From assembly GCA_030704615.1 (NCBI GenBank), contig CM060734.1, positions 31,496,001 to 31,560,000 of the forward strand: DNA of 64,000 nt, written 5' to 3'. Origin of the DNA: Takakia lepidozioides (taxonomy: Eukaryota > Plantae > Bryophyta). Positions 23,530 through 36,869 of the stretch are shown in pieces (the first letter of the stretch is position 1; the number at the start of each line of letters is the position of its first letter). The position numbers and the translations under genes were made by a program. The notes below the pieces were generated by a model. It ran no database searches, was not told where the DNA came from, and saw only the letters and a program-made list of their open reading frames with translations.

Positions 23530-24850
23530 GTCAGTATGAAAGCTCATTTTATTTTTCACGGCCTCTACAGAAGCATTGCGTAAATGAGCTTCATGATGAC
23601 CATCTGTTTCTTTTTCCACTTCTTCTTGAATAATAGCACCTAAACAAGTTTCACAATGACAGCTCATTTGTTTCCACGTCCTCTATACAAACAAACCCTA
23701 AATAAGCATTCATGATGACCATATGATTTTTTTTTCACCTCTTCTTCAATAACATAAACCTGAAGAAGTTTGACAATGATAGAGCTCAAGTTTTTTTTTC
23801 ACCTCTTCTTCACAAACAAACCCTAATTTATTCATGATGACATCTGATTTTTATTCACCTCTTTGTCATCAACAGAAACCTGAACAAGATTGACAATGAT
23901 AGAGCTCAATTTTTTTCACCTCTTCTTCACAAACAAACCCTAAATAAGCATTCATGATGACCATCTGGTTTTTTTCACCTCTTCTTCAATAACAGAAACC
24001 TGAAGAAGTTTGACAATGATAGAGCTCAACTTTTTTTTTTCACCTCTTCTTCACAAACAAACCCTGAATAAGCATTCATGATGACCATCTAATATTTTTT
24101 TCACCTTCTTCAATAACAGAAACCTTAACAAGTTTGAGAATGAGAGCTCAATTTTTTCACCTCTTCTTCACAAACAAACCCTAAATAAACATTCATAATG
24201 ACCATCTGATTTCTTTTTCACCTCTTCTTCAATAACAGAAACCTGAACAAGTTTGACAATGATAGAGCTTAACTTTTTTTTTCACCTCTTCTTCAATAAC
24301 AGAATCCTAAACAAGTTTCACAAGGATAGCTCAATGTTTTTTTACCTCTTCTTCACAAAAGACACCCCTAAATAAACAGTCACAATGACCATGTGTTTTT
24401 TTTTCACCTCATCTTCAATAAACACAAAACCTGAACAAGTTCCACAATAAACCGCTCATTTTGTTACACATCTTCTTCACAAACAAAGCCTAAATAAGCT
24501 TGAAGATGACTATCTGTTTAATTTTCACCTCATCTACATTAACAAAAACCATTGCCTGTTTCACAATGAGGGGTCATATTTTGGGGCATGTTCTTGCCCA
24601 TCCTCATTATTTTTAGCCTCTCCTTCAATATTTTCATCTATTCCAATCATCCATCCACCATGGATGAATACTGGAAACGTCAGATAGCTTGACAATGAGC
24701 ATCCAAACTTTTCTTGCCTCTTGTTCATTCAAGAATCCCTAAGTAAGATTCATGATGACTCACCTAGCCTTTTTTTTTCACCTCTTCTTCAATAAGAAAA
24801 CCTCAGTAAGTTTCACAATGACCATTCCATTTTCTATACCTCTTTTTTAA
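23530..24850. repeat. Tandem array with about 120-bp period, built from two alternating ~60-bp subunits
   Basis: Subunit A: CACCTCTTCTTCACAAACAAACCCTAAATAAGCATTCATGATGACCATCTG. Subunit B: CACCTCTTCTTCAATAACAGAAACCTGAACAAGTTTGACAATGATAGAGCTCAA. Subunits are separated by T runs. The AAACCCT core recurs at about 23694, 23818, 23935, 24058 and 24176. Confidence 0.92.
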
Positions 24851-27800
24851 GCGCTATAACTGCTTCCACGACAATAGGACCCTCTCTAAACAGAGGACTC
24901 GGGTATGGGGCCGTTTCTTCCTCCACTAAACCCATGGGCTCACGCTTAGAGGGCAAAGCATGAGCCGAGCTCCTGGGCTCACGTGGCTAGGCTCACGCCG
25001 TAGCTGCACTCCATGCCCACTAGGAGCCACTACCGACTTTAAACCCATATGAAGCTGATCAATGTTTTGGCTTGCTAGGGCAGACAAGATCCTACCAATG
25101 GCAAGGACGTGGATTCGCTCACCCCCCTGACATCTCCACAGCTGGCGAAGCGTTACACTGGGCCCGCATAGTTGCACATGCATCCATAAATGCATTTACT
25201 GTTTTATTAATCCCACACAACAATCTGACCAATAGCGACCACCCCATCTTGATAAACCCTGTAGGAATATTCACAATGGCCACATTTGATCCGCAAACAT
25301 TGATCTATGACAACCCCCAACCCATGCCAAATTACATGTCCTACCCAGAACCCTCCTTAACTAAGCTAGTATGTGTCACCCATAACAAAGACCCACAAAT
25401 ATCCAATATCTTCCTCTCGAACCTGAGCATCATACTAAAACGCTTATTCCGCCCAACTGCCACAGTACACACACCCTTACTCTCCCTCCCCCGATATCCT
25501 ATGATCAACCCAGACAAGTGATGGCAAGCGACACCCCTGCAACCACCTTGGAAAACATCAAACCTTTTACATGTACCACCGCCCCCAGAATATAACACTC
25601 CTTCGCTTTTAAAATTTTAACCACTGCATGATATACACAGACGGCTCTCTCAAAGATGGACATGCGGGATACGGAATGACAATGTTGCCAATAATACACG
25701 AATATACAAACGCCTTCCTGGAAGACAAAACATCTTACGAGCAGAACTCACGGCTATACATGACGCCTTACTCCCCCTCCCACACCCAAAGCCAAGATAC
25801 CTACTACGTCTTCACGGATAGTCTGGTTGTCCCTCTATCTACTCATCAACCAAAACCTAAAACCCTCATCACAAATACACCACCCAGACCTTCAGCTCAT
25901 CAAAGCAATCATTGATATCATATCTTCATCCAAATTACACATACACCTACACAAAGGTCCGCTCCCACACAAATATCAAAGGAAATGAAGTGGCAGACCA
26001 ACTGGCACAACTTGGCGCTACCCAACCTGCTTCTCAAACCTCAAACAACCCGATCCACATAGCGCATTCCTATCCTTTTTGGCTATCCTCCACTAAAAGC
26101 ACACAACCGGACAATGCACCCATCAGAGACCTACATACATCATCGCGGGCGAAACCAATGAACAAATTCAAGCATCTCGCACCTACACAAACTCGTACAT
26201 CTCCAAATGGGTCTCCCCCCACACCTCTTGCATAGCATATCCAACCAATTTTGGACATCTGCTACAATTATTGACGCCCAAATCAAGCAAACACTCCGAT
26301 TCCGCTATGGACAATATATGGGCAATCAAAGACGCAACTTGTTCTGGCCAGTACTCTACCATAGTAAACATTGCACTATGTGTAACAGCCAACCACCTCG
26401 GGTCAACACGTGGCCACATCTTCTACTTCATTACTGCAAACAATCTATACTACATGGACTCCACATAACTAGACACAACCAGGGAGTATGGCACCTCCAA
26501 AAACTGCTCCTATCACACCCTAACTCCAAATGGTTCAACCTAATTAATGTAGGCACATACCAGAAAAGACCACCAGACAACACAGTCCCCCATTGGCTCC
26601 TGCCATGCTCATGCAATGCCTACCAATGCCACTGTCTATCTAGACTACGTCCGACATACTACTTGCACAAGGGCTCCTATCTATCCAGTACCACCGACAG
26701 GCCCCGCCCCTCCATTACTATCCACTTAATTGAGTTCGTGTTCTGTCATGACCATTACCCAGATCAAGCAATCCACCGCAACGCGAAAATAGAACCACTC
26801 ATTTTGGCCTCCGCCAACAATGCTGGACACCTCCCCCTTACAATTATTACCGCGGGTGGTATAAGAGGATGGAGCCATAGGCACAACATTGCTGCCCTGC
26901 ACCAACACCTGAACCTACCTCATGCAACTGGCAACCCACACTACACTACAACAGATGAGCGTTTTTATGACTTCACATATGACATTTTTTTCAGTCTTAT
27001 ATGCGTTCATGACTACATCACTCTGTAGTGAAAAAAGCCCTGTCTATAGCGACTAGTCTTTAGACATAGCGACTAGTCTTTAGGACTGCGTTTTGAAGTC
27101 ATATCCATGACTGCTTGCGTGGGCACACGTGGAGTCTGCTGCAGAGAGGGTGCAGTCACAACTATATGAAATATTGACTACAGTCTGTTGCGCGAATGCT
27201 ACATGGAGAGGCTTCAGCGGGACCACGTGCGCCATGTGCAAGCGACACGTCATGCATTCGTCAGGGGATCATATGACTATATGTCTGCAAAGTGATGCCT
27301 ACATGGAGAGGCGACGGATGGACCACATGCGCCACTGCGAATTTGACATGTCACGACTTCTTGCCATGATCATATGACTACATGTCTGCACAGTGATGCC
27401 TACATGGAGAGGCGCTAGCGAGACACGTGTGCTATGGCAGATTTCACACGTGGTGACTACATGACTGCTCATATGACTACAGGGATGTCTACATGGAGAG
27501 AATTAGCGGGAAACCTGTTGCACTTGAGATGTGACATGTGGCAACAGACAAAATATGACTAGCATATATGACTACGGATCTTTACACGTGGTGAAATATG
27601 GAAATAAAGAATGTCGTGTATATACTGCCACGTGTTTGGTTTGAGCAGTGTGATGCAAAGTGTCCTCAAGATGTTTTCCGAAAAGTTATATTTTTCACCT
27701 ACAGGGCAATACAAGCCATATAAATCACATTACAAAATCCCAATTGAGACCAATACAATATCCCAATGGACACCTCAAAAGCCACAAGAAAAAATCCATG

Positions 27801-28663
27801 CCTCAAAAGGCCCAGCCAAAAACAAGCAAGCCCACACATGGGCTGAATTGTTGTAGCTAGTATGTTCTAGTGCTATTAGAATCAAGAACTCTGTTAAACA
27901 GTGCCAATACTGACTATCCCTTCCGCAGCTCCATAAGTTTCAGTAACTTTAGACTCCAAAGTGTTGTTGGCCAACCACCTGCCCCAACTCGGTCTGTTTC
28001 CTAACACCATTCACATATGGTAGAGGGGTGTTACTGACATGCCTCTTTGATGTACACACAGGCATAATCAAGGGGCACAGCAGGGTACCCGTACCCACCA
28101 CAGCACCTTGAAGAGCAACAATCAGCCCTACTCCATATTTCTTGCGTTTGGAGTCACATCCAACAGCCGAACCTCGTCACCCACCCTGAACTGTGATCCC
28201 AACTCCACACAAAAAAGAACACGATGTGAAAACCCATGACATACACACGACTAGGACACTCAACATTTGCGAGTTAAAGAGAGCCCCAAGGTTGGAAAAA
28301 AAAAAAAATAAAGACAAGACAACGGCCTGGACTTTACTCCATTTGCAGTCTCCAGTGGTGGTGAGACCTCTTTTGGGGGCTACTCGCCGGGTCGACACTC
28401 TTGCCCCTCGTCTGTATACCGGCTTGTCGACAATATCACCTTTGTTTGTCACAAGTTCCTGTGTCACAGACCAGAGATCAACCAGGAAAGCAATGAGCAA
28501 ACAGGAATAGTGAATAGAAACAAATCCAAGTATGAATCAAACAAAAAAAAGCCAACATGAAAAGCTGCAAAGAAAACCTAGCATTAATCAAGCAAACCGA
28601 GGAGAAGCATCCAGGAAAGCAATGCAATGAATGAACCCACAAAATGTAGCCTCTGGAGCACTG

Positions 28664-31600
28664 TCAGAATGTTTGTACCTTCACAGTAGCAGTGTTGTAT
28701 GGTTGTTGTCCGAAAACAGGCTGAGACTCCAAAAACTTGGGAATACTGGCAGCTTTCGATGCCTTCCACAAGAAAGGCCACAACACCTCTGTTAGATACT
28801 CATCAGTTGGTGAATCTGGTTGCACCTTCCATGGCTCTGGAAAAATCCCACTGAAAGGGAGGATTGTTTGCCGCCTTTCTTGGTGTGTCGTCAACAAGAA
28901 CAGTGTCCTCATAAGTCCATTCTGGCCAGTCTGCCCACACTGTAGACAAGTTCTTGAAATATAATGGCTTTGAATCAGACCCCTTACGGCATGGGAGGAC
29001 TGGATCCTCGTCACAGTGAAGGGCATCCCACTGGAAAACCAGGTTAGTGTGGGCTGCAAAAATATAGTCCACCATTGGAAGAAGTTGCGAGCTTGGCAAC
29101 AAGACCACACCGCCACCTCAAAGTGTTCAAAACACTTTTGCAAAAAGTCATAACAGCGTGGTCTCAAAACTACCATCTTCTTGCCACACATCTTCCCACA
29201 AAACCTTTGGGAAGGGATGCAGGCCCATTAGCAGAATGAAAAGATTCACATAACAGACCATTTAAGTCCAGAATTAGTAAATGCTTCCTCGTTGGTCCAG
29301 GAAGTAAACTGACATTTGGCTTCAACATGTGAGCAGGAGAAATTAAAGCAACCTGCTTGTTTGTTTTGTCCCCGTCTGCATCTTCCCCCCATCTAAACTC
29401 CCACATACCTGCATACCAGAATCCGGTGTGCCCGGCGGCTCTGTCACCATTGCCCCTGGACTGCTACTGCCTTTGTACGTGGCAAGGGCTGAATTTCACG
29501 TGTACCTCACAGCTGGCCTTCCTGTATCTGCTGCTGCTCGGTCAAATTCAAAAGATCATCAGTGACAGGAAGACATAAGGGCTTAGAGTGAGCACCAGTT
29601 ACCGTCTGAAATTGGGATTCCAAACATTTTGATACTGTCACAGCAGACGTATCCATCGTAGATGTCACTGGTCCTGCGCCTGGTAGATTAATCCCCAATC
29701 TGGTCACAATGGCTTTCTGGTACTCAATCATACTCTGCATCTGTAATTTTAATTCTGCCATGTCACGTTGTGATTCCACCAGTTTGTCCAAGCCATCCAT
29801 CCTGCCAACTACTGTAGAATATGCGAGACTTCCCTCCTGCCAATCCATGAAAACTTGCCCAAGTATGAATCAAACAAAAAAAACCTAGCATGAAAAACCA
29901 TTGGAAAGAAAACCCAGGCCAAAAGCCGTGAAAAAAACCCTAGCAACCTATGATGCAGCAACCACTCTAGCAAACGTGGAAAACACACTTACCCGCCTGT
30001 CACTCCCAGCTGACAACCGTGACACTGAACCCTCTTGAATTTCATATAATGTAGGAGGGCACCCTGATAGTGTTTCCTACAAATTAATCCATGCCACAAA
30101 CAAACCCATGCCACAAGTCAGTAAGCAATGTGAGGGCTGACTATATACACATAGCAATTCAATGAGGACAAAATACAGAGTCGTGATGATGCCACTTACC
30201 AAGCGTGCTTCCACCATTGCCTTCCCACCACGGCCAGTCTTGGTAGGATTCAGAATTGCACCATTTGCCTTCTTCATGTTGCCCGACACTTTGTGGAACA
30301 CCTCTGTCTGCCAGTAACTTACAAGCTTGTTCCATACCTCGTCAGATACAGTAATGGGTTCCCCTTACCACCCAACCACGCAGTGGTGTGCTTCATAACG
30401 CTGGCTCTTCATTATTCTGCCAATTGTTTGTTTTAGGTGGAAGTCTTTTAACTCGTGTGGCGTATATGAAAATAGCTTAGCCAGGTGATCTCTGATTTCG
30501 TATACAACTTCATCAGGTTGGTTGTTGATGGCAAGGGAACAATCTAGCTTGCGATAAGCCTGGCAGCGTGCATACATTCCGGGTCTGACCATACGGGGCT
30601 CCTTTGAGGTTCGTCAAAATCACCGTGGGAGGAAGACCTGCAGCTATTCTCTCTTCCTTGACCTTGGCAGCTTCAATTTTGGCTGAGCTATTAGCCCTCC
30701 TTAAAGCATTGGTTCTATCATTCTTTGAAACGGCACCCTCCCCTCCTTCAGAGACCTCCGTGCGCTCAGGAGAATTCAAAGCAGGATCCTGCCAAGTAGG
30801 GACTGGTGGCCATGGCTGTTGGCCAGAAGGCCGAGGACCATACTGGCCATACTGTCCATAAGCAGGAGGATATTCCGGTGGCCTGCCACCCCCATAGCTA
30901 TTAGGGGGTGGCAAATATGGTGGAGGAGGATACTGGCCATACTGCCCATATGGAGGAGCACCATATTGACCCTGACCATACTGAGTGCCAGACTGTGGGT
31001 ACTGAGGCATACCATAATAAGGTGGGGGTACTGGTGGCACAGAACCCACAACGTTGGAGAGTTAGGGCCACCTCCTGCGTTCTTGTGGGCGCCATCTCCA
31101 TTGCTAGCAGCAGGGATCGTGGATCCAGTGCGCTTGTGCTTGCCCTGAAAAGAAATTCCCCAGTACAATGTGGGTGATTACACATACATATAGGCAGCAA
31201 GCAGCAAATCCTTGAATTCAGGCAAACAAACTGGAAGCACATATCATTTGTAAAGACAAGATTACCCAAAACTCAGTATGATCTTGGGCAGTAAATCTCC
31301 CAAATTTGATTGGCCCCAATGATGTCCTCCCAGTACATTTTTGAGCCCTCTTAGGTATGGGGTTTCCTGAAATCCATAGCAAGAAGAATTCAAATGGACA
31401 AACCTGATGGGTCCATGAGAAGTATCCCTCCAAGTTTTACTGATATTCTGGGTGCATAAGTAACCCAAGTATCTCTATAAGTAGCCATTGTAGCTTAGTA
31501 CCAGGACGTTGGTTTCATGGGGCAAAGAATTTGAACACACCTGAAGTCTACATTGGCCTGACATCATGCCTTTGGCACTTCAACTTGTCTAGTGGAAATC

Positions 31601-32030
31601 ATTTGTGATTGTGCCTTGGCTGACCCCTGCATTGTCCAACTTCCCTGTCTTGACAGACATACCCTATCTCTTCGTGATTTTACCAAAAACATACATAATT
31701 AGAATCATGGTCATTGTGAAGAACTATAACTCACAGACGGAGAAGGTGTTCGTAGTGTAGATGATGGGCGTTTTTGTCCTGCGACATGAGCATGGGCATG
31801 TTCTCCTCGGCTTGCCGTGGCATCCGCCGACGACGCACTCGCCTCGCACTGGCGTGGGAGGAGTGGATCGTCCTCATCGTCCTCAGAAGAGCCCTCATGC
31901 AGAATCGTAGTCTTCATCGTCTTCAGTCTGGCACTTTGCCTTGCAGGACCTTGATCCCTACCTTTTTCCTTCGGAGCGCGTGGCTTGCGAGGGCGATTCG
32001 CTCCCGCAAGCCTGCACAAACACCTCCATG
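28664..32030 (-). pseudogene. CACTA second gene: TnpA/Ptta-like protein running into an FCP1/NIF (HAD) phosphatase-like domain; frameshifted
   Basis: Spliced segments: Pro/Tyr/Gln-rich region, then VSDEVWNKLVSYWQTE..SGNMKKAN..PTKTGRGGKAMVEARL (Transposase_24-like, 30200-30360), a coiled coil (29700-29850), then LLILDLNGLLC, VLRPRCYDFL..FEVAVWS, KPLYFKNLSTVW and TVLVDDTPRKAANNP (29290-28680). Confidence 0.75.
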
Positions 32031-32589
32031 ACCTCCCTCTCAAACAATCACAAACAAATGTAAGCATACATACCCTAATACTCTTAAGCCTACGCTGAAC
32101 CACAGCCGCACCCTACCAGGACGTAATGCTGCCCACGAATGACGGCGGACATCTCCCGCCTAATGACACACCCTCCTCAAACCTAATCGTCACTCACTGC
32201 ATGTTGTTTGCCTCTCTGTTTGTACAAGTCGCAGCTACTCGCCCCCATTTGTGCTATGAAGCTTATGATCGCTGTAGGAAGGTTAGAGGATAAGGCAAAT
32301 CGCAAGTTTAGTGGGTGGGTATCCAAAGTCAGGAACTAAACTCACCCATCTATCGACTGCTTGAACGTTGCTTCCACCTCCTTTATGGCAGCAATCCGGC
32401 GCTCTCGGAACTTCTCGTACTCAGTGAGAGGGACTGTCACTTCGAAGACCTTCCGCTTCACCATGGACACTCAGAAACGATACTTATAGTATACTATAGA
32501 TATAGAAATAGCACATTGGCAGCTGGTGCAAAACTAGAGACAATGCACTGTGCGTAGCATGCAAAGAGGGAAGGGGTGACGTTCAAAGC

Positions 32590-35500
32590 ATGTACAGTGC
32601 AGGTGGCGAACGGATGCGTAGGCGTAGAATAGATGACCGTCTATGGCGAATGGAAGAAGCTTATGCCACAAGGAATGGGCATACAAAAATGCTATGCAAC
32701 TGCGATGAGTGTCATGGAGGAAAAGTACTCTTGTTGGAAACAGTGAGGAATCATTACATGATACACGGGAGGGATCCTCTTCTCCAACGCTGTTCTCTTC
32801 CGGTAAGATCGCCACTTTCCCTTCAGCACTTTAGTTTGAATTTTGAATGCAACGATCCTCTTCTCCACATGTCGACATTTCGTTGGGTGATTGTAGTCAA
32901 GAAGTCATAAGATACAGACGTGAGTATGACTACGCCACTTCCGTTATCACTTTAATTAATGCACATGTCGTGTTTTCATTGGTCATGTGTAGTCATGTAG
33001 TCATATATGACTAAGTAAGTGACTGCAACTATGACTTCAATGGTTACAAATGTCGTGTTTTGATTGGGTGTATATTCATAAGATACATACGTAAATATGA
33101 CTGCATCACTGCAACGTCACCGTGCCTCCTATGTCATAATATGAACAAGTGTCACATCGTTGTTGGTCCACTCACAAGATGACTATTGGGATGCAGGGAT
33201 GTGAATATTCAGATGATGAAGACGAAGGCCCTGCGGCACAGCGGGAGCCAATGTCACAGAGAACGCAGATGAGAGTGGTGGATTGGAGGTAGAAATGCAG
33301 CGTGCATTGCAGGAAGCGTTTCTCTTTGCAAACAGAGAGGACCCCATTCATGGTGGAACCGATCACACATTTGCCGATCATGACGATGATCTCGACGATT
33401 CCGGAGACAATGAATTTGATGAGAATGCTCACCTGCACGTTGATCCCGAGTATGATAAACTCTTCCGAGCGTCGCAATGTCCACTTTTTGAAGGGTGCTC
33501 CATCAGCCGGCTGCAAGCAACTTTGACGTTGCTGAACGCATGCACTACCCACAAGTGCACCAATGCATTTGTGGATGAGCTTCTGGGATTGTTGCGTAAG
33601 AGTTTTTTGCCTAAAGAGAATTCATTGCCGAAAACTCACTATGAAGCAAAAACCATGATTGCCAAGATGGGATTGCAGTACACGATGATTCATGCCTGTG
33701 AGCGTGGTTGTGTACTCTTCCGTGGGGAGTATGAGAATGTAGACATTTGCCCAGTGTGCCGCAGTTCCCGTTACATTCCAGGTCGTGGAAGTGTGCCCAA
33801 GAAAGTATTGCGACACTTCCCTGTCATTCCAAGGTTGAAACGTATGTACCGATGTAAATCGATCGCTAACCTCATGACATGGCACGACAGACATAAGAGC
33901 CAGGATGGGTTGGTTCGACATCCAGCTGATAGCAAAGCATGGAGACACATTGACACCACATTTGCGGATTTTGCTGCAGAGCCACGATCTCTGCGATTTG
34001 GATTGGCCTTAGACGGTGTAAATCCCTACGGAGCTCAATCCACAAGTTGGAGCACATGGCCCGTTCTCTTGGTCAATTACAATCTGCCTCCGTGGTTAAT
34101 GACCAAAAAGTTCTTTGTCATGTTAGCGCTACTGATTCCTGGTAAGGAGTCTGTTACCTCGGACAACGTAGATGTTTACCTGATGCCCCTAGTGGAAGAG
34201 CTATTGGAACTATGGAGAGGGATTGCAGCTCATGATGTTTCCCGTCCTCGTGGTCAACGCGAATTCACACTGAGGGCAGTGTTGATGTGGTCAATCCATG
34301 ACTACCCTGCATATGGCTTGCTCTCAGGTCAAGTGACGAAAGGTTATGCTGGTTGTCCAGCTTGTGGACCCGGGGTGACTTCACAGCAGTTACACACATG
34401 TGGAAAAATTGTTTTCCTAGGCCACCGAAGATTTTTGGCCCGCAATCATCCATATAGAAGGTCAAGAATGTTCAATGGCGCTACTGAGCATGGAACTCCT
34501 CCAAAAACGCAGACTGGAACACAAATCAAGGACCTTGCAACAGCTCGCACTGCATGGGTGGAAAACGGAGGGACGCCAGATAGCAGGACAGACCCAACAA
34601 AAACTCATGGAGTTAAGCGATTGTCAATTTTATATGTCTTACCTTATTGGGAGGTAATTCCTTCATGGCCTTTAAATTGGCTGTGTACATTTTTGCGTTT
34701 TCTGTTTAAATTGTGATGAGTAAATGCTCAATTGCTTATGTGTTCATTTTGTAGGGTCTCCTCATCCGCCACACGTTTGACGCAATGCATTGCGAGAAGA
34801 ACTTGGCTGAAAATATTATTAAAACTATCTTTGGTGAGAAAGACACATTGAAAGTTCGCCGTGATTTGGAGCTACTTGGGATGCGCCCGGAATTGTGGCT
34901 ACAACGTGATCCTGACAGAGCAGATACGTTAATTATGCCTCCTGCCCCTTATGTCCTCACTGAGGCTGAGTTACAAGTCTTTCTGGAGATTGTGCAGAAC
35001 TTGAAAGTGCCAACAGGCTACGCATCAGCTTTCAAAAAGCATGTGGTGAAGAAGAAGTTGTCAGGCATGAAATCACATGACTATCATGTGCTCATGCAGC
35101 AAATTATACCGCTTGCTATCCGTGGGCTCATGCCAAGTGGTCCTCGAAGGGCCATTTTGCGAGTATGTCGTGTATTTAAGAAGTTGTGTGCAAAAGTGGT
35201 GAATCCTGTAGAGTATGAGGAATTGAGAACTGAAGCAGTTCTCACTCTGTGTCTTATAGAGAAGGAGTTCCCACCATCATTTTTTGATGTGATGACACAT
35301 CTGGTTGTTCACCTAGTGGATGAGTTGTACTTATGCGGGCCCGTAGCATCTCGTTGGATGTACCCCATGGAGCGGGCAATGAAAGATATGAAGGGCTACG
35401 TAAGAAACATGGCAAGGCCCGAGGGGAGCATGGCAGAAGGATACCAATTTGAAGAAGCATTGGGTTTTTGCACAGAGTATATGGCAGGATTTGATGGAAG

Positions 35501-36736
35501 TGTACGAAGGGTGTGGGATGCAGATGAGGCAGAATCTGTGGAACGTGAAGTTGTGGAAGGAAGTTCTAAAGCCCGAAAATTGAATGACCTGTGTGATATT
35601 GTACATGAGTACATCATTCAGAACCATCCTCGTCTATCAGTCATGTTGGGGTAAGAAATCTACTTCATTGACATTCAGATTTCCAAGTTTTAGTCATTTA
35701 TCATTAGTTGGCATATGGCGTCTTTTCAAATCTCCCACGCCACCTCTGTCAATCTCCTGGCTGACCCTCGGATTGTGACAGGATATATGAAGCAGAGTCC
35801 ACACGGATAGAAGCCAGACGACGCTTGTTTCGTGAGGAGCAAGGGCTGGAAGGCATGAGCAATCCCACGGCAATTCAGTACCCTCCTGATTTGCATCCTT
35901 GTCCTCCATTTGCTGTTTGGCTCCCTCAAGGTGTACGGGATCATCTCTCAATTCAATCAGATGGGCTTGATCCTACAACACGTGAGGAATTACTGGATCT
36001 TTCAAGGCCTCCATCATTTACTGCCCTGTCATTCAAGAGTATGACAGCGTATGGTAACCATTACAGGGTTACATCCCCCGGCATGAACACAACAAGTATG
36101 GTGTCTTTTGATTGTGGAGTCTCATCTGTTTTCCAGCACCAGCCCATTACCAACAATTCAGGCAATGACATGGAGGAACCTACAAGATATGTGGGTCTTA
36201 TAAGGGAGATTTTGCAAATTGACTATGGCCAAACACAGCCTATAGTGTTTTTGTGTTCGTGGGTACGGGCGAGTCGCGTGGGTCGTCAACCTATGTCAAT
36301 GAAGCAGGATGATGCTGGCTTCACACTTGTCAATTTTAACCGTATGCTTCCACCTTCTGAGCAACCTTTTGTGTTTCCTGGCCAGGTTGATCAAGTGTTT
36401 TTTTCTAATTGTGTGAAGGAGCCGGGGTGGAAAGTCGTCCTGGAGAAGAGCCCCCGAGCACATAGAGTGGTCTGCGACATATCAATTGATAATGATGATG
36501 TGGCGGAAGTGGAAGGATTGTTAGCCCCACAAAGACTAGAGGAGACTATGGTTACTGATGGCCCAACATGCAGCCGAGCGGTACCGGTTACTCCAGAGCA
36601 TGTGGCCTCCTTGTACCTCCGAGCACCCCGTATACGTGGTGATGATGTTTAGCCAACCCTTGGAGAAGATGAAGTCTGTGATGAAGACAGTGATACATGT
36701 AGTGACCCAGACATAGATGAGGATGATGAAGATTAG
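32590..36736 (+). CDS. CACTA TnpD-type transposase (transposase-associated domain, Transposase_21, DUF4218, DUF4216); near-intact
   Basis: Exons 32590-32802, about 33180-34653, 34755-35650 and 35782-36736. Motifs: MLCNCDEC, IHACERGC, RHPADSKAW, GLALDGVNPY, YNLPPW, SIHDYPAY, DAMHCEKN, GMKSHDYHV, RWMYPMER, QPFVFPGQVDQVFF. There is an apparent frameshift near 33282 and a TAG at 36650 before an in-frame acidic tail. Confidence 0.92.
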
Positions 36737-36869
36737 ATATGCGCGATTTGTGCACTCCAGTTATAGACCATGCATGATAGTTTAAGGTGGTAACACTCCC
36801 TTCGCATTCCCATTAAGATATCATGCTTGGACACTGGATTTTATGATCAATTATGGAGTGCTTTCCTTT

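Larger units (their letters stand above)
20546..25011. mobile_element. Mutator-like element (MULE), internally deleted, non-autonomous
   Basis: 9-bp TSD CATGCCCAC at 20537-20545 and 25012-25020; about 43-bp imperfect TIRs with core GTGAGCCTAGCCACGTGAGCCC; internal SWIM finger. Confidence 0.88.

Noticed and set aside
23690-24190. Interstitial telomere
   Set aside because: AAACCCTAA occurs once per ~120-bp unit, not as contiguous TTTAGGG repeats.
23530-24850. CRISPR-like array
   Set aside because: The sequences between conserved blocks are themselves repeated, there are no unique spacers, and there are no cas genes. It is a satellite-like tandem array.
32869-32878. Perfect ZDRE palindrome ATGTCGACAT
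   Set aside because: It lies in a CACTA intron 27 kb from the ZIP gene and is likely chance.
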